From positions 1 to 46,657 of the forward strand of contig CAZVRL010000004.1 of NCBI GenBank assembly GCA_964630285.1: a stretch of DNA of 46,657 bases. The letters are read 5' to 3'. The stretch comes from an uncultured Candidatus Peribacteria bacterium. Its GTDB lineage: Bacteria > Patescibacteriota > Gracilibacteria > BD1-5 > JAGOOR01. The position numbers and the translations under genes are program-made. Under the pieces are notes generated by a model, which was not told where the DNA came from, searched no databases, and saw only the letters and a program-made list of their open reading frames with translations. Positions 33,620-45,100 of the stretch are shown here, in pieces. The first letter of the stretch is position 1. Every line of letters begins with the position of its first letter.

Positions 33620-34006
33620 CTAATATCGAATTGGTTGGAATCCCTGATTGATGAGATAGATTCCTATGATGATCATGATGATAAGTGATACCCTGATTCT
33701 GTGTGCTGAATTGTAGAATTTTACGAGTCTCTGTGTGTAGTGAGGAGCGAGGAGACGAACAATACCCTTGAGGAGGATGAGCCATCCGATGAGTGTGATG
33801 ATAACAGTCCAGTCAGTCCAAGTATTGTAGAGCAATATGTGTGCTACTCCGAGCATGAGCGTACCATAACCCAAGAGGATAACCATACCATCTTCCTGTA
33901 CGAGCTTGAGGAGCGTGACGACACTTTCGCGATTGATCATGAGTGTTATGCCTGTGAGGACAAAGACGATGCCCCAGAACTGTGCGAGAAAAATAGGTGT
34001 GTCCAT
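33620..34006 (-). CDS. Small polytopic membrane protein (128 aa)
   Basis: Uninterrupted ORF with four hydrophobic spans. Confidence 0.5.
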   Translation of the reverse strand: MDTPIFLAQFWGIVFVLTGITLMINRESVVTLLKLVQEDGMVILLGYGTLMLGVAHILLYNTWTDWTVIITLIGWLILLKGIVRLLAPHYTQRLVKFYNSAHRIRVSLIIMIIIGIYLINQGFQPIRY

Positions 34007-34063
34007 ACGAAAGATATTATATATTTACTCATATCGTATGAGTTTATTGCGATTTTCAATGAT

Positions 34064-34771
34064 TTATCGTACTTCCGTTCCACCCCACTCGACGACACTA
34101 AATCCTTTTCGTTCAAAAGACGAAAGTGATTGCACTGGTATATCTATTTTTTCTGTGAGAGGTTTGAAAACCATAAAGACACGGAGGAGAGACTCTGGTG
34201 TTGGTGTGATTGTCAGAGGTGCAGTGTCGGTATATTCTTTGCCTGCAAAATGGATGAGATTGTAGGGGTTATTTTTCATAAGCGGATACCAGTACACGAT
34301 AAATTCATTGTATTCTCGTGGAGTCAGCCCCAGCTTGGCGAGTTTTTCTTGGAGAAAAGAAATCGTATCTTCCGCGCGTACGACAAAACCTGTTGAGAGA
34401 TTCCAATCATGATTGTAGAGACCCTCCCAGAAGAGATAACTATATTCTCGTCCATCAGCGTGATTGGTGAGTGTGCCGTCAGGCTCTGCTGTCACAGCCC
34501 AACCGTTGTTGTAGGTTGGATATGTCGCGATAAGCTCACCATTGAAATCGAGTTTTACCTCCACGTTTGTTGTTTTCTCCGGGTAGAGATAGATAACAGG
34601 TTTTCCTGCCATCATCACATCGTTTTCATCAATATAAAATGGGAAATCTTCTTTTTGTTCTGGCTCTAAATAGCTGATATGCAAAGTATTTGGAAGAATG
34701 CTCTTTTTTACAGCGAATCCGTAGGCACCGATAGCGCCGACGAGGAGAATTAGGAGGATGATTTTTTTCAT
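34064..34771 (-). CDS. Secreted/anchored hypothetical protein (235 aa)
   Basis: Signal/anchor MKKIILLILLVGAIGAYGF. Conserved-looking KPVIYLYP and YSYLFWEG blocks. Confidence 0.6.
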   Translation of the reverse strand: MKKIILLILLVGAIGAYGFAVKKSILPNTLHISYLEPEQKEDFPFYIDENDVMMAGKPVIYLYPEKTTNVEVKLDFNGELIATYPTYNNGWAVTAEPDGTLTNHADGREYSYLFWEGLYNHDWNLSTGFVVRAEDTISFLQEKLAKLGLTPREYNEFIVYWYPLMKNNPYNLIHFAGKEYTDTAPLTITPTPESLLRVFMVFKPLTEKIDIPVQSLSSFERKGFSVVEWGGTEVR

Positions 34772-34776
34772 AGTTT

Positions 34777-35262
34777 TTATTCGTTTGATTCTATTTTAAT
34801 AATATTTCCGTTTTTATCGACCCATAAAATCATACCAGGAACCGTATATCATTTTTTGTTATATTCTCGTATTTCTCCTATTCATCCATGTGATGTATAG
34901 AAAAAATCTAATGTCTCTGAGATATTTTTTCCAACGAGATACTGATATTCCTGAGGATCGAAATAGCTGATATGTGTCATCTCGTAGTGTATCTTGTGAG
35001 AGATATATAACATCCCAATCATGAGAATTGGTATCAATACGAGGATGATATGTTTCCGTGTTCTTCTAAAAAAGAGTGTCAGGAGAAGACCTATGACATA
35101 GAGGGGTAACACTATCACTCCTGCAAAAATCCCCAGCGCGATACCATCTCCAGCATCTTGTGATGGCTGTGTTGATAACCAGAGGACTCATACGAGGAGG
35201 ACTATCACCAGAATCTGTATCACGAGGGTGATGGTGGAGAGAAGGGAAGAGGATTTTTTCAT
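34777..35262 (-). CDS. Membrane protein (161 aa)
   Basis: ATG at 35262. Three in-frame TGA were translated through. TAA at 34777-34779, 5 nt above the next gene start. Confidence 0.5.
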
Positions 35263-35289
35263 GGAGAAAGTATATTTATTTTATTTTTC

Positions 35290-35318
35290 TTTGTACTTTT
35301 GGTGGCAAAAGTACCCAA
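35290..35318 (-). promoter_or_regulatory. Promoter (TTGGGT-17-TACAAA) containing the dyad GTACTTTTG-N4-CAAAAGTAC; second copy of the 7988-8015 element
   Basis: Dyad at 35293-35314. TTGTACTTTTGgtgGCAAAAGTACCCAAAAC here versus TTGTACTTTTGattGCAAAAGTACCAAAAC at 7989. Confidence 0.35.
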
Positions 35319-35424
35319 AACCACCGAAAGCAAATAAACTCGCTCTCCACTTCAGCAACTTCAATTCTGCATTCACGACGCTCAGGCAGTATTTGCTCTC
35401 GGACTCTCGCTTCTGTTTTTCTTA

Positions 35425-36348
35425 CTATTTCACTAGACCAATAAAATCTCCATCAATTGTAAATTTTCCATTTGCATATTCAGTCATAACAGCTCAAAAA
35501 GAATTTGTTCATCTATATTTCATAGCCACTAAAATATAATCACCCTTATCTTCATACCTTGTTTCTACATGTTTAAAGCTATCAGGATTTTTTAGGCTCT
35601 CTTGTATCATTCTACTAAATGCGATATGTTTTCCATCCCATGCTGAAAATTGTTTTTCTATCTTAGCTTTTCTTTCTTGTTGTGTTTTTATTTTTAATTC
35701 AGCGAGTTTATTTTGAGTTTCAACAAGCTCTTGTTCTTTTTTTATTTTCTCTGCAAGTTGTTTATTTTTTTCAACTTCTTCCAAGAAATCCTGTCTTAAG
35801 TGTAAATTTTCTTCTAATTTTTTTAAGAACAAGGAATTTATATTTTCATTTTCAATGAAAACTGTTTTAAGTTCTTTTACTTTTAGTAATTCAATTTCCG
35901 CATTTGTTATTTCAATGAGTGATTTTTTGAGAAAATCTTCTGACTCAAGCTTATTTACATTTTCTTCTAATTTGATAGCAGGATTATTTGATATATTAAA
36001 TTTTTGTTTAGATTCTGAAAGAACTTTCTTAGCTTCTTCTATTTTTCATTCTTTTAAGTAACTTTGAGCAATTTCCTGCATTTTGTACATTTCTTTTGTG
36101 CTACTTGCCCCAGCAATAGTTCCTATGATTACTAGAAGTGTAATAAATCATAGAATGGTTGTTATGGTTATCTTTATTTGTTTGCTCCAATTAGCCTTTT
36201 TCCACATTAAAAATAACAAAATTCCCGGAGATAAAATTAGTAAAATAGGTAATAGTATTATACCTACTCAAAATAAAAATGGTGATAATATTACTGCAAC
36301 TATAATAAACCACGTTTCTTTATACCAAGGTTTTTTTGTTGTTTTCAT
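35425..36348 (-). CDS. Membrane-anchored coiled-coil protein with a conserved C-terminal globular domain (307 aa)
   Basis: ATG at 36348 (MKTTKKPWYKETWFIIVAVIL). Translated through five TGA to TAG at 35425-35427. C-terminus SAWDGKH...NPDSFKHVET...YR-TGA-TNSF-TGA-AV. Confidence 0.55.
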
Positions 36349-36422
36349 AAAAGGGAAAAATAAAAGAATTTTGCTTGTTCGTATAAATTCTATAAAGTCT
36401 CCACATAAAGCAATCCCAATTA

Positions 36423-38843
36423 ATGCCTCAAAAACAACCACAATCTCTGGCTCTCTGACTCGATTTCGCACCTGATTTTGAGAGGATTCGTCGTGAATAT
36501 TCGCCGATAGAGATAAACCAGATAGCCAATCCTGAGCATCCTCCTGTGGGGATCGAGTATGTCGAATGTGATACGCTTTCGGAGCTGGTGGAGTTCTTAC
36601 ATGACTTCCAAGAGAAAAGAGAGGAGAAGTGAGTAAATCTCACTTCGAGTAGAAAAGAGAAAAAATGAGGAATCCTTGTTTTAACGAAACAAACACCTGT
36701 GATGGAGAAGTTTTGTGCGGATAATGAGATAGAAGCACGGATTCATGCGTGGAAACTCTGAGGTCCGTCGTTTGTTCTGGATGGCCAATGTGTCATTACT
36801 GATGAGCTGATTTGACCACTCTTGGGTGGAGTCTTTCGACGGAAGAAGCGGCCGCAACTCGATTTGCTCGTGCAGATAAAGGCGGGTGATCCTGTGGTGC
36901 ACCTTTTTCATGGTGTGGGGATATTTCAATGAATCGTCCGAAATACGTTGTCATGAACGGAGCGCGAATATATCGAGATAGAATATGCGGAGAAGGATAG
37001 GCTCTTTGTGCCGGTCGAGGAGCTTCATCGTGTGAGCAAATTTGTCGGAGAGACGACACCTACTTTAACAAGATTAGGAAGCCCTGCGTGGAAGCTGATC
37101 CTCGCAAAAACAAATGAGGAAATCCAAAATATTGCAGAAGAACTCCTCGCGAATCATGCGGCTCGTCGTATGGCTGGAGGTGTGTCGATGATGGACTTTC
37201 CTGAAAAAGAAGAGACATTTCATGTCGCATTTTCACATAAGCACACGCTCGATCAAGAAGAGGCGATTCACGGAATCATGGCCGATATGAATAGTGAGAA
37301 ACCGATGGACAGGCTCCTCTCAGGTGATGTCGGTTTTGGCAAAACAGAGGTGTCACTCCACGCGGTCTATCGTGCATTTCTGAATGAAAAACAAACCATC
37401 TTTCTCGCACCACTCGTCGTCCTCGCATACGAGCACTATGAGTCAATTCGTGAGCGTCTTAAACCGTTTGGCGTGAATGTGGCGATGATGACGCGTATGA
37501 GTACCACCAAAGAAATTAACGTAGTTCTAAAGTGACTCAAAGATGGCTCTATTCATTGTGTGATTGGGACGCACAGACTCCTCTCTCCAGATATAAAATT
37601 CAGAAATCTCGGACTCGTCGTCGTCGATGAAGAACATAAATTCGGTGTGACAGACAAAGAAAAAATTCTTCACCTCAAGGCTGGCGTCGATACGTTGGCA
37701 CTCTCTGCTACGCCGATTCCTCGCTCACTCAATCTCGCTCTCTCTGGTGTGAAAAATTTCTCAATATTATCTACTCCACCACACGGTAAAAAGCCTATCC
37801 ATACCGCAGTGGCTCGCTATGACACAGTCATCGTCAAACGCGCTATCGAAGAAGAACTCGCTCGTGGTGGCAAAGTATTTTTCGTCCACAATACCATCAA
37901 AACACTTCCCATTCTCAAGAAAGAAATCGAGTCTCTCGTGCCAAAAGCAAAAGTCGTCATCACGAATGGTCAGCTCCCGTCTGATGAACTCGAAGACCGC
38001 ATCATGGAATTCAAACTCGGTATGCACAATGTCCTCCTCACTACGACGGTGATAGAAAACGGTATCAACTTCCTCGATACCAATACGATTATCATCGATG
38101 AAGCAGAAGATTTCGGGCTCGCTCAGCTCCACCAACTCCGTGGACGTGTCGGTCGTGGACAGATCCAGGGGATCTGTTATCTCTTGTATCGACAACCAGA
38201 ACTTCAGGATGAAGCACGAGAGCGACTCATGACCATCGCGAATCATACACATCTCGGTGCAGGATTTGAGATCGCTCTCCGTGACATGGAAATTCGCTGA
38301 GTTTGAGACGTTCTCTGAGTTCGCCAATCAGGGAAGACGCGTGATGTCGGTGTGAGTTTTTATCTGAAACTGCTCGAACAAAAAATCGAAGAACTTCAGT
38401 CATGAAAAAAAGAATCAAAAGTAGATACCACGATTGATCTGCCTATCAGTGCCTACATTCCCGACGAGGCATTTAGTTCTGACATCGAGAAAATTCACTT
38501 CTACCGAGAGCTCGAATCAGTCAGGAGTGAAGAAGAACTTGCAGAAGTTATCGAACCACTCAAGACTCGTATCGATATCAAGCAATCAGCGGTCGATCAT
38601 CTCTTCTTGCTTATCCGTGCAAGACTTCGTCTCTCATCACTCGGTGTCCGTCGTGTCTTTATGCAGCTCGGGAAATATACGCTCGAATGGGGCGGGGAAG
38701 GTGAGAAAACACTCGAAGCAATGAAGCAGATTATCAAACAGGACACCAAACAATGTGCGGAAGTGATGTCAGGCAAAAAAATTACCTTCTCACGCAAAGC
38801 GTTTTTAAATCATGGAGATTTTCTCCGGTATTTTGTTGGCTAA
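36423..38843 (+). CDS. mfd: Transcription-repair coupling factor Mfd, C-terminal fragment (rest of D1b/D3, RNAP-interaction domain, translocase, D7)
   Basis: PPVGIEY (E. coli LPAGIEYW), GDPVVHLFHGVGIFQ-TGA-I, EYIEIEYAEKDRLFVPVEEL, GDVGFGKTEV, VVDEEHKFG, LSATPIPR, HQLRGRVGRG, EIR-TGA-V-TGA-DVL-TGA-VRQSG. The start codon is uncertain (ATG 36423 is the first in the open frame). Confidence 0.85.
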
Positions 38844-39556
38844 ATTTCAGTATTTTTAAAAAAAGATATATTCTTGTTTTCAGGATTTCTTTCCCCAACT
38901 GCTATTTGTTGATATATATTACTTACTTCTATTTCTACATCGGGTGATAAAATGTTTTTAGAAGCTACTTTTTTTGATACCATAAACCTTGGTGTGCTAG
39001 CTTTTTTAGGTTCGTTTTCTAATGATGCATTGAATAATTGTCCTTGTTCATCGAGATGTATGTGAGCATATGTTTCTCTGGTATTTCACTCATTGTATGT
39101 TTTGAAAAGTCGTATTTTTCTGCATCTTTCTTTCGTGATAGGATGCTCCATGACGCTTCATTCCCATCTGAAATTGTATCCATTGAACCATTCTGGGAGC
39201 TTGAATTTCGATTCATCAATCAGTTCTGCTACTCTAAGTGCGAAACTGTTTGGTGATATATCGTCTATATCTAGGCTTTCTGAGTTTGCCTCCTTCTCGT
39301 TTCATAGTTTCCATCGCAATACTTGTCACGATGTTATCATACCTGGAAGTTCCATATCGAAAGGCGCTATAACTACATCTTGTTGTGGTATCGTAGCAAA
39401 TGGTCCATCTGGTCCATGTCACACTGTAAAAGAGACGATTTTTGCTCAGTTTTCTAATAAAACTCTTGCAATATTTGTTGGGAAATGTTTGCTTGCATTT
39501 CATGCAACTCCAATATTTGCGTCGTTTAGATGTTTCAGGAGAGGATTTTTATTCAT
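38840..39556 (-). CDS. Hypothetical protein (238 aa)
   Basis: 239 codons from ATG 39556 to TAG 38840-38842 with seven in-frame TGA and no TAA/TAG. Its stop overlaps the mfd stop. Confidence 0.55.
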
Positions 39557-39568
39557 AATTTATTATAA

Positions 39569-39597
39569 TTATTATGTCTTATAATTATTTTTGTCAA
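39569..39597 (-). promoter_or_regulatory. Sigma-70-like promoter TTGACA-17-TAATAA, 12 nt upstream of ATG 39556
   Basis: Minus-strand reading gives TTGACA aaaataattataagaca TAATAA. Confidence 0.35.
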
Positions 39598-39599
39598 TT

Positions 39600-40271
39600 T
39601 TACTCAAATAATTCCGAAAAGCTCTCCACACTTTTTTCTGCGAGTTCTATGCAGGCTCTCTCTGGTTTTTTAAAACGATGGTAGTAGGCTGTCTGCGCAC
39701 CACATTGTTTGGCACCTGTGAGGCCTGGTAGACCATCTTCTATGATGAGACATTCGTTCGGTTGTACTTCGAGTATCTCAGTACAGCGAATCCATACTTC
39801 TGGATCGGGTTTGTGGTGCGTAATATCATTTGCACTCACGATATTGTATCATCTCTCCGGATACTCTGGATGGTGGAGGAAATATGCTTGAATACCGATT
39901 TTTTCTAGCACCCACATAATTCGTCTCATTCCAGAATTTGATCCGATAGCGATTTTGATATTTTGTTTTTTACAGTACTCCAGAAAGGGGATCAGTGTTG
40001 GGTCACATTCGAGGCCTTCTGCCATCAGTGTTTGCTCTATGATGAGTGTTTCATCGATGAGCTTCTGTTTATCGAGTTCGATATTGTATTTTTCCTGGAG
40101 TGTTTGACAGACTTGTTCAAGTGATTTCGTGAAAAATCCTTCTTTTTCAAAAACAGAAGAACTCAAGGGGAGATGGCTTTTTGCGATAAATTGTTCCCAG
40201 GTATGACGATAAAATCAGAGACTATTAGCTACGACACCATCAAAATCAAAGAGAACGGCACGGTATTTCAT
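39600..40271 (-). CDS. HAD-superfamily hydrolase, subfamily IA (beta-phosphoglucomutase-like)
   Basis: VLFDFDGVVANS (motif I), AIGSNS (motif II), HHKPDPEV, IIEDGLPGLTGA (motif IV). Two in-frame TGA. Confidence 0.8.
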
Positions 40272-40272
40272 A

Positions 40273-40524
40273 TTATTTTATGATACTCTGAGCTATGCAC
40301 CATTTTGCACGTGATTCGTACCAAGTAAATCACCCAAAAAATACCGCAAGAGGTATCTCAAAATAAAAACCAAGAGCTATGAGTCCGATTGCGAGCCATC
40401 ACCTCCAAGAAGTACCTTTTGTTCCTATATTACAGGTCCCCATAGTTGGTTTTATACGTGAAAGTGCCTTTTGTATAACCCAACCAAGGCCATATCCTAC
40501 GAAAAATAAAAACAGCAACATCAT
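40273..40524 (-). CDS. Small membrane protein (83 aa)
   Basis: 84 codons with two TGA and two hydrophobic spans. The stop lies 1 nt above the HAD start. Confidence 0.4.
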
Positions 40525-40576
40525 GTCCTCATACTATCGTCTTTTGCTTTTGTATCAATGCATTATTCCTAAATAC

Positions 40577-40604
40577 TTGGTACTTTGCCTCTTCGGGCTA
40601 TAAT
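40577..40604 (+). promoter_or_regulatory. Sigma-70-like promoter TTGGTA-16-TATAAT; the -10 ends 6 nt before ATG 40611 (leaderless geometry)
   Basis: TTGGTA at 40577-40582 and TATAAT at 40599-40604. Confidence 0.4.
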
Positions 40605-40610
40605 TTACCC

Positions 40611-42152
40611 ATGAAAAAGCTCTTTTTTGTTCCATTTTTGATATTTTTCCTGGCGACTCCTCTGAGTTTTGCTGAGAAGAGTATGACTGTCGGCGAGACG
40701 CTCACTATGTATTTTTCCGAGCTCTTCCCAAATATCACTCCAGAAATCAACAACGTCACTCTGAAATACAGTGGTATAGGTAACCGTAGTGGTCTCCGTA
40801 CCGCTCTGCAAAAGGGTATTTATTATGGTATGTTGCCAAATTCTGCCGTCGAAATGACTCCTGACCGTGATATGACTGATAGAGCTTTTGCACAGTTGCT
40901 TCGTCGACACTTTGGTGTCCGACTCTCGAGTGACGAATCGGCTCTGACACAGAGTGATTATGATACGTTTATGGTGACTATTCGTGCATCTTTCGCGTAT
41001 CGTCTCCTCCGCCTCATGAATACTCCAGAAGAAACGACTATCCAGACTGAGTCTGTCCCAGAATCATCGAAACTTTCCAATGCAAATAATTACTATCTTC
41101 TCGAAAAAATTTATTCTATCCTGCAAGAGAGTTATCTCCGAGGAGAAAAGTTCAAAGACTCAGAGCTGATCTATGGTGCTGCTGAGTGACTCGTGAATGA
41201 GCTCGGTGACCAACATACGAAATTTTTCAGACCAGATGCGTCGACTGACTTCAAAAATAGTCTCGATGGAAACATCGTCGGTATTGGCGTCATCATCGAT
41301 GTGGATGCTCAGGGGTCACTTCTGATTACTGATGTCATCCGTCATAGTCCTGCCGAGAAAGCTGGACTTCTCGCTGGTGATAAAATAACGAAAGTGGATG
41401 CTGTCACGGTTACCACAGAAGATGGTATCGCTGATGATATCGCTCGGCTCCGTGGTAAAGTCCTGACACAGGTGGAAGTCACAGTTCTGTCTGGTAAAAT
41501 AACAAAAACAGTGGCTATTGTTCGTGAGATTATTCATGTCCCACTGGTGGAAACTGAAGTCCTGAAAAATGCCTATAAAATCATCTTCGGAGAAGTAGCA
41601 TTTGGGACTGATGCGCTTATGAAAAATGCTCTGGAATCATTTCTCAAGAGTGGTAAAAAACGTCTCATCCTCGATCTCCGAGATAATCCAGGAGGCTCGA
41701 TGGCGGAGACTCGCAATATCCTCAATTTCTTTATCGATACCGGAAATCCTCTTGTGATTCTCAAGTATCCACAACTCGAAGTCACGAACTATGCAACGGA
41801 CCCTGCCATGACTGATTGGTCACAGTATGAGATTGTCATACTTATCAATGGGGATAGCGCTTCGGCCTCTGAGATTATTGCAGCGAGTCTTCGTGAGTAT
41901 TTCCCACGAAATGTCGTCATTATCGGTGAGACTTCGTATGGAAAAGGAACTGTCCAGGAACTCGTGTCATTTGATGATAAATCGCTCCTGAAATACACTA
42001 TCGCAGAATGGCTCACTCCACGAAATAAAATATCGATTGATAAGGTAGGTATTGTGCCTGATAAGAGAATAGTTTTTGATAGACAGTACTGGAGAACAAA
42101 ACGTATCGATACTCAACTTCTCGGGGCCGAAACCTACGAATTTAAGAACTAG
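40611..42152 (+). CDS. Carboxy-terminal processing peptidase, family S41, with PDZ domain
   Basis: Signal peptide present. AAE-TGA-LVNELGDQHTKF, IGVII...PAEKAGLLAGDKI (PDZ), LDLRDNPGG, NGDSASASEI, SYGKGTVQ. Confidence 0.85.
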
Positions 42153-45100
42153 GCGGCAAGGGCAAGTTCATCTGATTCTTCTGCTTTACTCGTTCATCGA
42201 GAGACTGTATTGACATCTTTTTTTCGCGCCATTGTATCGAAGTCATCGAGTTTTTTTGCGAGAATAGTCCCTGAACGGGCTTGCGTATTTCTCTTGAGAT
42301 CTCACACTTCATCACCATCAAAATTTCCCTGGTGTATTTGTTCGAGAGAAAGTTCTTCTGTTACTACTTGATTTAGTATTATTTCACTCCACATTCGTGC
42401 CATCCGTGCTCTATATTTTATGGAAGCTCAAAAACCTTGAGTATTTTCTATTTCTTCTGCTTTTTTGAGAGACGCTTTCATTTGTTCAAAATATTTTTCA
42501 TATCTTTTTTGCTCTTTTGGCCCATCACCAGGTCATTTGAGAAGTTTTGGTTTGACCAATCATAGCATAACGGCAGGCATACTACAATATTCAGCTTCTG
42601 GTACATGCGATTTTATCTTTTTCTCCATTCCATCTTTCATTTGCGCTACATTTTTCTTGTAAATAGAGCCAGCGATATCATTAATTATCTTTTCATTTCA
42701 TCCAAATCCCATTTGTTTAGCCATATCTTTAGCCATATCTGGTATACTTTCCAGAAATCCTTGTATTTCATTAAATATCCCATCTCATTTTTTTGAATCT
42801 GATCCATTACCGAATTGCGGTTCTAGGTTCGGGTCTAAATAATTGTCCCAATTTATCCAGGCTATTGGGTATCAGTTATCAAATCCTTTTCTGAATCGAA
42901 AATGATCACCAGAATAGTATCATTTTCCACGTTCTATTGCCGCATGACCTACGGCGTCACCATGGGTATCCGCTAATCTCTGATAATAGGCTTTGATGGT
43001 TGGTTGTTTTTCTCGCAATATTCTGTATTGCTCTCTTTTTTCTGGTGGTTGTTTTTCTAATAAGTCATTAAAAAGAGCAGGGTCATTGATCATGAGATTG
43101 AGCATGGGGTCTCTCATCCCTGAGAGTTTATGCATCAGTTCTTTTCCGTGAGACATCCAGAAATTTGAAAAATCTTTTTTCCATTTACCTGCTGTATCTC
43201 ATGATAATCTTTGATGTTGGGCAATACGTGTTAATCTTTCTAATTCTTTTCAACAGCCAGGACTTATGGTGTATGCAAAAGCGATTCCTGTTTCTCGAAA
43301 AATATCTCAGAAGTCTTTGTTTTGCATAAAAACAAATTGCGGTATGTGGTATCCACTTTGGAATTGTGTTTTTATACTTTCTCTTGTAAATGACATCATC
43401 TGCTCTTCTCTCGATCAAAATAAGACTGCACCGTAGGGCATAGTACTTTCTGCTGTTGGGTATCATTCTGATAGCCATAAATTTGTCGCGCCTCAAAATA
43501 ATTCAGGAATTTTTCCTCAGACAGCTGTATTCATCATCCAATCTAATTTTTCTGCTTTTGTCGTTCTTTGATTGAGATTTCCTACACCACCATCAGCCAA
43601 ATCTTTATTTCCTGCCATCATATATTTCTGGAATCGTCGACCGAGGTTTTTTAACAGAGGATGCTTGAATTCATTTAGGACATCAAAAATTGCATCAGTT
43701 TCAGTCATTTTATAGCCATCTTTTGTCCATTTTTTTGGCCATGGATGATTTCCATGTGGCGGCATATGAGGATATTTCTCAGGATTGCTATGATTTGGAT
43801 CGAGAGAATGACAAATACTATTGTACCAAAACCATTCATGGCTCCCGTCACTATTTTTATAGTCATTTTCGCCTCCATCTCATGGGTATAGTTGTCAAAA
43901 AATCTTCATTGTTGACATCATAGCTGCCATGAATTTTACACTCGGGAAGTGTTCTTTTTTTGACCATTTTTTTATTAATCGACCACGGTGGTAACTACCC
44001 ATACCATCGACCTTATTGACGAGCTCATCGAGGTAGGACTGAAAGCTTCCATTACCGTCAGCAATCATGAGCGACGGCCATTCCATTTTGTTCATGGCCC
44101 AGCCCATGATGCCCCCTCCAGAATCGAGTTTTTCCATCGCGAGAGCGGCTGTGATTTTACCGGCAAAGGCATGATCTTTGTGGTGTTGTTCTTCTCAAGC
44201 CTTAAATGGAGCTTTCCAGAGATCACCATGCATGATGACACCGAGACTATGTGTATGTTTGAGGATATTCCACCAACTCATCCCATTATCTTTTTCTTTC
44301 TTTTCCTTTCTTTTTGCTTTTTCTATGGGTTTATCGAGCTCAAAGCTTTGATTATTTTGGAGATAGACCCAGAGCATCTCGAGAGACATGGTGAGAGATG
44401 GACTTCCTGAAAACTCGGGGTCTTGAGTCCATTTATCTTTTTCTTTGTCAAAGACTCCTTGCTCGAATGTTCCTCTTCGGTACGTCACTGTTGAGCCATC
44501 GATGCTCTCGATATAGAGGTCTTTTTTATCTCCTATTTTGATGACCGGTGTTTCTGTAAAAGCTCCTGTACTTGCATTGGTACTTCAGAATACATTTTTC
44601 CCTCCTTCTTCACGGATATTAATCTTCTTCATTTTCTTCACGAGATGGTCTTCGTATTGATCTTCATTTCCGCAGAGAAAATTAAACTGACTTACACTGA
44701 TTGGCTTGCCGCCTGTTGGTACGCGGAAGAGATCTTTGGATGTTTTTTTGAGTGATCTGAGCGTGAGGAGAAACTCATTGAATGACATTTCTTTGACTGA
44801 TTTTTTTCCTGTTCCCCAACCGTCCCAGAGCGTTACCTGTCCTGTTGCATCGTCGATAGATTTTATTTGAAATGTATCCGTTCCTTTATCGCTGACTTTA
44901 CAGAAAATCATACCCTCATGGAGCTTGCGTTCTTCAGGAGATTTTGCTTCTCTTTTATGATCTCATTTTGGATTGAGAAGCTGGTCTATTTCATAATTTA
45001 TCCCATCAATATCAGCTACTTCAGTAGCGTCTGGAAATTGATTTCGGAGTTCTGCTTGTGTTTCTTGTTCGGTGAAATAGCGAGGATATTTTTTGTCTTG

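Noticed and set aside
30737-36422. Calling the block that splits mfd a mobile element or genomic island.
   Set aside because: No integrase, transposase, recombinase, tRNA target or flanking direct/inverted repeats were visible, and the cargo is housekeeping-type membrane and ion genes. It is recorded as a finding but not annotated as a mobile_element.
43185-43496. 103-aa minus-strand ORF in a different frame from its neighbours.
   Set aside because: The neighbouring frame is continuous through this interval when TGA is read as Gly (checked codon by codon), so this is an out-of-frame artefact inside the giant gene.
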